Part shown: in pieces, positions 55,900 to 64,000 of the stretch
Numbering within the stretch: the stretch's first letter is position 1
Layout of the letters: the number at the start of each line of letters is the position of its first letter
NCBI GenBank assembly: GCA_965644315.1
Contig: CBFFRQ010000051.1
Span: forward strand, 62,001-126,000
Direction of reading: 5' to 3'
Length of the DNA: 64,000 nt
From: Caecitellus pseudoparvulus
Lineage: Eukaryota > Protista > Bigyra: Bicosoecida
The notes under the pieces: model-generated
Told to the model about the DNA's origin: nothing
The model's database searches: none
The model's input: the letters and a program-made list of their open reading frames with translations, nothing else
Program-made: the position numbers and the translations under genes

Positions 55900-56967
55900 T
55901 CACCGCCGAAGTCGACTCCACTTGTCGTCCTGCTCCAGCTCACCCTGCGCCTCCCGGGACCCAAGACTCGCAGCCCTCTCCAGCAGCTCACGAACCTTGC
56001 CGGCGTCGCGCGCCACACCCACACCTCGCTTGTACAAGCGTGATAGTCTAATCATTGCAGTGGTGTTGCCCTGGTCCACAGACCGCTGGTACCACTCCAC
56101 AGCCTGGTGGGCATCCTGCTCCACGCCCTGTCCTCGTTCGTACATGCCCCCCAGCATGTGCTGGGCAAATCCGTATCCAGCCTCAGCCGCCTGCCGGAAC
56201 CATCGTGCAGCCTCAGTGTAGTCCTGATCCACACCCTGACCCTTCAGGTACGCCTTCCCCAAGCTTGTAAAGCCACTTGGATTCCCAGCATCCGCTTGAG
56301 CATGAAACAGCTCCATCGCCTTGTCAGGATTGTGCTCCACTCCCCGACCTTCCAAGTACAGCTCCCCAAGCTTCAAAACAGCTGTTCCGTTGCCCTGCTC
56401 AATGGCCATCTGAATCAACTCCAGCGCTCGGCGGTAGTCTTGCTTGACACCTCGCCCGTCCGCATACATGCTCCCAAGCATGTGCTGGGCAAAGTCATTT
56501 CCACCCTCTACAGCGATGCGGTACAGCCGAGCTGCCTCGTCGTAGTCTTGAGCAACGCCTTGGCCCAAATCGTACATATTCCCAATGCTCCCGGTACCGC
56601 GAACACACCCCAAGGCCTCTGACTCCTTGAACAGGGCCATGGCTCGATCGAAGTCGCGCTCCACACCTCTCCCAGTTTGATAGCCACGCCCGACGCCCCA
56701 CTTGCCGACAGCGTTCCCCTGCTCGGCAGCCTTGGAGTACCACTGAAACGCTTCACGTTCGTCCCTGGCGACACCTTCCCCGTCACTGTACATGTCACCC
56801 ACCCGCCACTGTGCCTCCGCATCACCCGCCTCGGCGCCTGCCAAGCACTCCTCAAACGACTTGCCCTCCCACACAGTCCCACCTCCCTCACCACCTGCCA
56901 CCCCTCCAGCTTGCGGTGCCACTGCGTCTTGAGGAACTGCCGTCCCGCCGCCTTCTTCGGCTGCCAT
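55900..56967 (-). CDS. Sel1-like repeat protein, copy B (8 repeats)
   Basis: Same N-terminal MAAEEGG...VWEGKSFEECL and C-terminal DDKWSRLRR as the other copies; intact ORF. Confidence 0.88.
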   Translation of the reverse strand: MAAEEGGGTAVPQDAVAPQAGGVAGGEGGGTVWEGKSFEECLAGAEAGDAEAQWRVGDMYSDGEGVARDEREAFQWYSKAAEQGNAVGKWGVGRGYQTGRGVERDFDRAMALFKESEALGCVRGTGSIGNMYDLGQGVAQDYDEAARLYRIAVEGGNDFAQHMLGSMYADGRGVKQDYRRALELIQMAIEQGNGTAVLKLGELYLEGRGVEHNPDKAMELFHAQADAGNPSGFTSLGKAYLKGQGVDQDYTEAARWFRQAAEAGYGFAQHMLGGMYERGQGVEQDAHQAVEWYQRSVDQGNTTAMIRLSRLYKRGVGVARDAGKVRELLERAASLGSREAQGELEQDDKWSRLRR

Positions 56968-57446
56968 CGCAACCTGCGCAACACAAGCACACACGCACAT
57001 GCACGTCACTGCCTGCACACCTCTGCTCTGCCTGCCCACACATTCGCCCCCGGCCACCACGCTGCACATTTACTCATACCCGCAAGCGCAAGTGCTTGCG
57101 CAACCACACCCCTACACCACGCCCACGACACACACACCTGCTCGCATGACACACAGCAGTGCACGCTACCATCTCACACTACATGCACAGCACACCAGCT
57201 GCACGTCAGCTGCTGCCAGGTCGCCTCGCGCTCAGCCGCACTCACCTGGGTACACTGGCTGTGACTGGCTGCTGGCCACTTCGCTCGTGGCGAGTGTGCC
57301 AATGATATTGATGCTGGCTGCGTGACTGTTGCAAGGACGGTGAATTTGACTGTGTTTGTGATATGGTTTGAGGCGCAGAGTATAACGTGCCCGGGTGTTG
57401 GAGGATCTGGCAAGGCCACCCTCACCTCCTTCGACAGAGGATCAAC

Positions 57447-58546
57447 TCACCGCCGAAGTCGACTCCACTTGTCGTCCTGCTCCAGCTCACCCTGCGCCTC
57501 CCGGGACCCAAGACTCGCAGCCCTCTCCAACAGCTCACGAACCTTGCCGGCGTCGCGCGCCACACCCACACCTCGCTTGTACAAGCGTGATAGTCTAATC
57601 ATTGCAGTGGTGTTGCCCTGGTCCACAGACCGCTGGTACCACTCAACTGCCTGTTGAAAGTCCTGCTCCACGCCCTGTCCTCGTTCGTACATGCCCCCCA
57701 GCATGTGCTGGGCAAATTCATCTCCAGCCTCAGCCGCCTGCCGGAACAGCCGTGCAGCCTCGGTGTAGTCCTTGTCGACACCCCTTCCTTTCAGGTACGC
57801 CAGCCCCAAGTTCGTACAGCCACTTGGCATTTCCCAGCATCCGCTTGCAGCATGAAACAGCTCCATCGCCTTGTCAGGATTGTGCTCCACTCCCCGACCT
57901 TCCAAGTACAGTCTCCCCAAGCTTCAAAACAGCTGTTCGCGTTGCCCTGCTCAACTGGCCATCTGAATCAACTCCAGCGCTCGGCGGTAGATCTTGCTTG
58001 ACACCTCGCCCGTCCGCATACATGCTCCCAAGCATGTGCTGGGCAAAGTCATTTCCACCCTCTAGCAGCGATGCGGTACAGCCGAGCTGCCTCGTCGTAG
58101 TCTTGAGCCACACGCCTTGGCCCAAATCGTACATATTCCCAATGCTCCCGGTACCGCTGAACACAGCCCGCAAGGCCTCTGACTCCTTGAACAGGGCCAT
58201 GGCCTCGATCGTAAGTCGCGCTCCACACCTGCTCACCAGTTTGATACCGCCACGCCCGACGCCCGCACTTGACCGACAGCGTTGCCCTGCTCGGCAGCCG
58301 ATGCACGGTACCACCTGAAACGCTTCACGTTCTGATCCTCATGGCGACACCTTCCCCGTCACTGTACATGTCACCCACCCGCCACTGTGCCTCCGCATCG
58401 CCCGCCTCGGCGCCTGCCAAGCACTCCTCAAACGACTTGCCCTCCCACACCGTCCCACCTCCCTCACCACCTGCCACCCCTCCAGCTTGTGGTGCTGCCA
58501 CTGCGTCTTGAGGAACTGCCGTCCCGCCGCCTTCTTCGGCTGCCAT
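57447..58546 (-). pseudogene. Sel1-like repeat gene copy C (about 8 repeats), multiply frameshifted; pseudogene or consensus artefact
   Basis: Near-identical to copy B but split over several frames by many short insertions. Confidence 0.6.
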
Positions 58547-59021
58547 CGCAACCTGCGCAACGCACGCACACACGCACATGCGAAAGCAATGCACAGCACG
58601 CCTTTGCTCCCCTTGCCCATGCATTCGCCCCCCTGCCACCACGCTGCACGATTTACTCATACCCGCAAGCGCAAGTGCTTGCGCAACCACACTCCCTTCA
58701 CCACGCCTACGACGCGCACACCTCCCCTTACGACACACACAGCAATGCACGCCATCACCCTCACACTACATACACAGCACGCCAGCTGCTGCCAGGTCGC
58801 CTCGCGCTCAGCCGCACTCACCTGGGTATGCTCGCTCTGCTTGGCTGCTGGCCACTTCGCTCGTGGCGGGTGTGCCAATGCTGCTGATGCTGGTTTCGTG
58901 GCTGTGGCAAGGACACTGAATTTGACTGTGTTTGTGATATGGTTTCAGGCACATGTATAACGTGCCCGGGTGTTGGAGGATCTGCCAAGGCCACCCTCGT
59001 CTCCTTCAACAGAGGATCAAC

Positions 59022-60440
59022 TCACCGCCGAAGTCGACTCCACTTGTCGTCGTCCTCCTCCGCCCCCCCTGCTTCCTGCTTCAGCTCATCCTGCGCCTGC
59101 TTTGAACCAAGATCTGCAGCCCTCTCCAGCAGCTCACGAACCTTGCCAGCGTTGCGCGCCACACCCAAGCCTCGCTTGTACATGTGGGCCAGCCTGTAGA
59201 TTGCAGTGGCGTTGCCCTGCTCCACCGATCGCTGGTACCACTCTACTGCCTGTTGAAAGTCCTGCTCCACGCCCTGTCCTCGTTCGTACATGCCCCCCAG
59301 CATGTGCTGGGCAAATCCGTTCCCAGCCTCAGCCGCCTGCCGGAACAACCGTACAGCCTCAACATAGTCCTTGTCAACCCCATTGCCTGACAGGTACGCA
59401 CGCCCCAATTCGGTCACCCCTAGCATGTTTCCAGCATCCGCTGCTGCTTGAAACAACTCCACCGCCCTGCCAGGGTCGTACATCTCACCTTCACCTTTCA
59501 TGAGCAGTCTCCCGAGCTTCACCATCCCAGAGACGGTGCCCTGCTCAGCTGCTCGCTGGTACCACTTCACTGCTTTCCGAAGATCCTTCACAAGCCCACG
59601 CCCTTGCTCATATAGTTCCCCCAGCATCTGTTGGGCGAAACCGTTCCCAGCCTCAGCCGCCTCCCCGAACTGCCGTGCAGCCTCAGTGTAGTCCTGTTCG
59701 ACACCCTTGCCTGACAGGTACGCCTGCCCTAAGCTCGTCATTCCTCGAAGGTTTCCATCTTTGGCTGCCGCCCGAAACAGCTCAACTGCCCTGGTAGGAT
59801 CGTACATGGCACCTTGGGCGTGCATGAGCAGTCGCCCCAGCCTGACCATCGCAGTACTGTTCATCTGGCCAACTGCCCGTTGATGCCACTCTGCTGCTTG
59901 CTGCAAGTCCTTCTCCACGCCCTGCCCTTCCTCATACAGGCCCCCCAGCATATGCTGGGCAAAATCATCTCCAGCCTCAGCCGCCTGCCGGAACAACCGT
60001 GCAGCCTCAACATAGTCCTGATCCACACCCCTGCCCATGGCGTACATCTGCCCCAAACTAGCAATGCCCCTGACGCAGCCTGCAGCAGCCGAAGCTCGGA
60101 ACAACCTCAGCGCCTCGGCGTCATCACGGGGTACCTGCTCGCCAGTCTGGTACCGCCTGCCCAGTTTGTACTGGCCGCTGGGGTTGCCTTGCGCCGCCGA
60201 TGCACGGTACCACCTCAACGCTTCCTCCTGATCCTCATCCACACCTTCCCCGTCACTGTACATCTTGCCAACACGCCACTGTGCCTCCGCATCACCCGCC
60301 TCGGCGCCTGCCAGGCACTCCTCAAACGACTTGCCCTCCCACACCATCCCACCTCCCTCACCACCTGCCACCTCACCAGCTTGCGGTGCTGCCACTGCGT
60401 CTTGAGGAACTGCCGTCCCGCCGCCTTCTTCGGCTGCCAT
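59022..60440 (-). CDS. Sel1-like repeat protein, copy D (11 repeats)
   Basis: Intact 472-aa ORF from ATG 60440 with the same caps as copies A-C. Confidence 0.88.
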   Translation of the reverse strand: MAAEEGGGTAVPQDAVAAPQAGEVAGGEGGGMVWEGKSFEECLAGAEAGDAEAQWRVGKMYSDGEGVDEDQEEALRWYRASAAQGNPSGQYKLGRRYQTGEQVPRDDAEALRLFRASAAAGCVRGIASLGQMYAMGRGVDQDYVEAARLFRQAAEAGDDFAQHMLGGLYEEGQGVEKDLQQAAEWHQRAVGQMNSTAMVRLGRLLMHAQGAMYDPTRAVELFRAAAKDGNLRGMTSLGQAYLSGKGVEQDYTEAARQFGEAAEAGNGFAQQMLGELYEQGRGLVKDLRKAVKWYQRAAEQGTVSGMVKLGRLLMKGEGEMYDPGRAVELFQAAADAGNMLGVTELGRAYLSGNGVDKDYVEAVRLFRQAAEAGNGFAQHMLGGMYERGQGVEQDFQQAVEWYQRSVEQGNATAIYRLAHMYKRGLGVARNAGKVRELLERAADLGSKQAQDELKQEAGGAEEDDDKWSRLRR

Positions 60441-61165
60441 CGCAACCTGCGCAACGCACGCACACACGCACATGCGAAACAATGCACAGCACGCCTTTGC
60501 TCCCCTTGCCCATGCATTCGCCCCCCTGCCACCACGCTGCACGATCACCCATGCACAAGCGCAAGTGCTTGCTCAACCACACCCCTACACCACGCCTACG
60601 ACGCGCACACCTCCCCTCACGACACACACAGCAATGCACGCCATCACCCCCACACTACATACACAGCACGCCAGCTGCTGCCACGTCGCCTCGCGCTCAC
60701 CCCCACTCACCTGGGTACGCTGGGTCTGCTTGGCTGCTGGCCACTTCGCTCGTGGCGAGTGTGCCAGTGCTGGTGATGCTGGTTGTGTGAACATGATTGA
60801 GACTCTGACTATGTTTGTGATTGGATTTGAGACAGTGTGCACTGTGTGACGGGGTGTCAGTTGGCGTTTCTCATAAACACAACCACTTGCAACTAGGCCA
60901 GGCACCCCCCCCCCGACGAGGCAGACCCCCCCCCCAAGTCCAAGGACACGCCCACGCGGGAATGCGACGGCAAGACACTTTCAGACTCTTGACGTTGTAC
61001 TGTGCAGGCCTGCCTTGCACCTTTCGCTGCCTGTCGCTTGCGTTGTGCCGAGCTTTGTGCTTCGGAACACGCACGCCAGTAGCCGGCTACTTCCGCCGAG
61101 CTCACTCCGCGCATCGCACCTCGCGAGCGCTCTGTCGTGGTTCAGCCCACCTCAGTCCGTCCAAC

Positions 61166-61960
61166 ATGCCTAAGAAGCGCCGGTACGTGGGGTCGAATGT
61201 GGCGGGGATGCGGGCTGCGGGCGTCTGCAGGCGAAAGAGTGTTTGTCCAAAGTCCGCACCAGCAGCAGCTCACCTGTCCCTCCTCCCTCTCGTGCACAGC
61301 AACGGCGGCAGGTCCCGCAAGGGCCGTGGCAAGACCACCCTGGTCGACTGCGGTCACTGCCGATGCAAGCCCCCTAAGGTGCGTGCGGAATGGGCGCCAG
61401 GCAGGCCGAGGGTTCGCATCAGTGCAGTGCAGCAGGTGTGAACAGGCCGGGGGGGCCAGGCCTCCGCTCGTGGCTTGAAATGGCAGGCAGTGTCTTGCAT
61501 TCCATGCAAGTGTTGTGTTGTTTGCCTTTTCTACCCCGGGCGGCGGTGGTGGGCTGCTTTGTGGCGGCGTGTGTCTGTGCAGGCCTGCGGCTCTGCGGCT
61601 GCCTGCCGTGTGCACCATTCGCGGCATACCCTGGACGTCACGCCGCCCGTCTTCGCTCCGTTGCAGGATAAGGCCATCAAGCGCTTCTCCGTGCGCAACC
61701 TGGTGGACTCTGGCGCCATGAACGACCTGAAGGCCGCCTGCGCCATTGACGGTGCGTGTGCAAAAGCCGCAGGGGTTAAGACGTCCCCGCACACGCCGAC
61801 CCCTCCGCCTGCCGCAGCCTATGAGCCCCCTAAGCTGTACAGCAAGAACTACTACTGCGTCTCTTGCGCTGTGCACTCCCGCATCGTGCGCGTGCGTAAC
61901 GCACAGGCACGCCGCGTGCGCGAGCCCCCTGTCCGCATGCGCCGCCCCCGCCGGGACTAA
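61166..61960 (+). CDS. RPS26: 40S ribosomal protein S26 (eS26), 4 exons
   Basis: MPKKRR|NGGRSRKGRG...C..C...PK|DKAIKRFSVRNLVD...PKLYSKNYYCVSCAVHSRIVRVR. Confidence 0.95.
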
Positions 61961-62168
61961 GTGGCTAGCTGTGGAGGAAGTGTGCGCTGCCGGCCCGCTC
62001 CACATGGGCTTTGCAATGCACAAACAGTACACTCTGTCCATGCTTGGCTTCGGTGCATTGCCCGGTTGCGGCAGGCTGAGGGCGGATGTCCCGCTGGCTC
62101 AGCCTGGCGCTTGGGGGCCAGCTCCCCGTCCACCACCACTTGACTCACGCACGTTGCAGAGGGGCAGG

Positions 62169-64000
62169 CTACAACAGCCCGCCCAGGGCGCCAACCACGC
62201 CACCCAGGCAGTCCCCAAGTCCGCCACAGACATCCCCCAGGCTGCCACACGCCGAACAGACGCCGCCGGCACACTCGCCGACGGAGCCCAGGAGGCCCCC
62301 CGCCGCGCCCATGCACTCCGGCACGGCGTTGCAGACGGAGGAGCAGCAGTCCCCCGCACTGCCCACGAGGTCGCCGCACTGCCCGCAGACGCCGTCCACC
62401 AGCCCGCCGGCACAGGAGCCACAGGCGCCGACGATTTCGCAGGAGCCGCACTGTCCCAGGCAGTCCTGGGCACCGCTGGCGATGCTGCCGAGGCAGCCGG
62501 GGACACAGCCACAGGCGTCGCCGCAGAACTGCCCCACGTCCCCGAAGCAGTTGTCCAGGAAGCCAGCCACGGGGCCGCAGTCGCCGCAGCAGCCAAACAC
62601 CTCAGACAGGTCGGCGCCACAGCAGTTGCAGGCGGCGTCCCCCATGCCGCCCAGGGCGCCCCCCACTGCTGAGAAGCCGCTGGAGAAGGCGTCGCCGGCG
62701 CCGGACGCCATGCTGCCCATGCCAGCGACGAGGCCGCCGGCGTCGCCTGCGACCAGGCTGCCCACCGCCACGGCACCCGCCACGGCGGCGCCGACAGCCA
62801 CGACACCCAGCGCCACCTTGGCGCCCGTTGGCAGTCCGCCCTTGGAGGCTTTGGACTTGGGGTCGGCCATCTTGGCGTTGCGCTTGGCGGGGTCGGCTTC
62901 CGCTGCGCGGCGCTCCTGCACTTCCTTCTCGGTGGTGGGGAAGGCCACCATGGCGGTGTGGGCGCAGGGCACGGAGTTGGCGACGGAGATGGCCACGATC
63001 TTCTCGCGCATGGCCATGACCTTGGGGTCCTTCGAGGAGTCGCCCCCCGCCAGCCAGTGCCCCGACACCAACAGGTCCAGCTGCTGCCGGGCGAACACCT
63101 TGGTCACGGGCACGAGGCTGGAGGAGTAGACCGGGATCTGCCGCTCCCACGCCCGGCCGTCGGGCAGACGCCCCCGGATGCCGATGACCTGCGGGTGCTG
63201 GCCGATGTAGCGCCCCGACACAACCACCGGCGCGCCGCAGTACAGGTCTGGGATGGGCGACGGGTACACCTCCAGGCCGCCGGAGTAGCACTGGGGCGGC
63301 ATGCCCACTGCGATGTCCAGCAGCACGGGGGCGGAGGCCTTCTGCATGAGGGAGATGATGTTCTCCTGCAGCGTTTCAGCGCGCAGGGCGTTGTCGAAGT
63401 ACCCTCGCCCCACCTGGGCGCTCTGCTGCAGGAAGTAGTCGTTGCACCAGCGGCCAATGCCGAAGGTGAAGAAGCGGTTGGGCGGCAGTTGCTGGGAGAC
63501 GAGGGTGGCGTTGGAGGACTTGATGTAGCCGACGATGTGGTGTTCGTTCGGAACAGCGCCGTCGGTGAGCAGGAACACGATGGGCACCTTGGCGCCGGCA
63601 GTGGAGGGCGAGGCGGGTGCGGAGGGGTGCACCTGCCCGGGCGCGCCACGGTGCGGCCCCTCCTCCTGCTCCCCCCCCATGGGCCCACTGAGCGGGTTGC
63701 TGGCCGACATGCGCCCATCCTGCGTCACCACCGGCGCGGCGCCCACACTGCCCCGCAGCAGCGCGTTGGCCTGCATGACAGGCGTCAGGATGTCCGTCAT
63801 GCCTGCCACCTCCACCGTGCGCACGTAAGCCTGGGCGGCAGACTTGTTGGCGGGGGTGGCGGGCACCAGGCGCACGCCCATGGCGCAGATGTCCTGCAGC
63901 TGGGCGGGCACGGCGGGCGGCGGCATGCCTGCCTCCGCCGCCTCCCGCTGGGCCGTGGCGGTGGTGGCGCCGTACTGCGCCTGGTCCTCCGACCGCCAGG
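62169..64000 (-). CDS. VWA-domain (VIT-VWA/ITIH-like) protein, 5'-partial, with late TM segment and Cys/Gly-rich tail
   Basis: GMTDIL, IVFLLTDGAV, FFTFGIGRWCNDYFL, VYPSPIPDLYCGAPVVVSGRY. The frame stays open to the window edge. Confidence 0.85.
   Translation of the reverse strand, partial: WRSEDQAQYGATTATAQREAAEAGMPPPAVPAQLQDICAMGVRLVPATPANKSAAQAYVRTVEVAGMTDILTPVMQANALLRGSVGAAPVVTQDGRMSASNPLSGPMGGEQEEGPHRGAPGQVHPSAPASPSTAGAKVPIVFLLTDGAVPNEHHIVGYIKSSNATLVSQQLPPNRFFTFGIGRWCNDYFLQQSAQVGRGYFDNALRAETLQENIISLMQKASAPVLLDIAVGMPPQCYSGGLEVYPSPIPDLYCGAPVVVSGRYIGQHPQVIGIRGRLPDGRAWERQIPVYSSSLVPVTKVFARQQLDLLVSGHWLAGGDSSKDPKVMAMREKIVAISVANSVPCAHTAMVAFPTTEKEVQERRAAEADPAKRNAKMADPKSKASKGGLPTGAKVALGVVAVGAAVAGAVAVGSLVAGDAGGLVAGMGSMASGAGDAFSSGFSAVGGALGGMGDAACNCCGADLSEVFGCCGDCGPVAGFLDNCFGDVGQFCGDACGCVPGCLGSIASGAQDCLGQCGSCEIVGACGSCAGGLVDGVCGQCGDLVGSAGDCCSSVCNAVPECMGAAGGLLGSVGECAGGVCSACGSLGDVCGGLGDCLGGVVGALGGLL

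Larger units (their letters stand above)
54659..60830 (-). repeat. Tandem segmental array of 4 units (CDS plus about 480-bp conserved upstream region with a putative 5'-UTR intron)
   Basis: Spacers 55424-55899, 56968-57446, 58547-59021 and 60441-60830 share blocks such as ggctgctggccacttcgctcgtggcg and tgtttgtgat. Confidence 0.92.

Noticed and set aside
54659-60830. Sel1 array as a transposon, an LTR element or a bacterial contaminant
   Set aside because: No transposase, RT, TIR or TSD; units carry spliceosomal-type sites and are flanked by intron-containing eukaryotic genes.

Overview
GC-rich, very gene-dense eukaryotic nuclear DNA with short GT-AG introns (mostly about 60-130 nt, donor often GTGCGT) and about 30 genes packed head-to-head and tail-to-tail. 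It most resembles a heterotrophic protist, perhaps a stramenopile; that is an inference. Recognisable genes: PRP16/DHX38, Rab22-like GTPase, NAC-alpha, CBP20, YqgF-like nuclease, FrnE/DsbA oxidoreductase, ORC2, mevalonate kinase, HROB-like OB-fold, MacB/FtsX-type permease, flavin amine oxidase, calcyphosin, 7TM-TKL kinase, DUF1764, RTF1, a TUG-like p97 adaptor, RPS26 and a partial VWA protein. The most unusual feature is an ORC2 fused in one uninterrupted frame to a JADE/BRPF-type PZP module, a third PHD finger and a histone-tail-like (GKAGS)n repeat. Second is a tandem array of four Sel1-repeat genes with 5/8/~8/11 repeats, changing in steps of a three-repeat cassette. Other points of interest: a degenerate kinesin, a tail-anchored mevalonate kinase, an internally relocated FrnE dithiol, two structured introns and a fixed-spacing bipartite promoter motif. 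No rRNA, tRNA, CRISPR array or clear transposase was seen. Exon models were assembled by eye.
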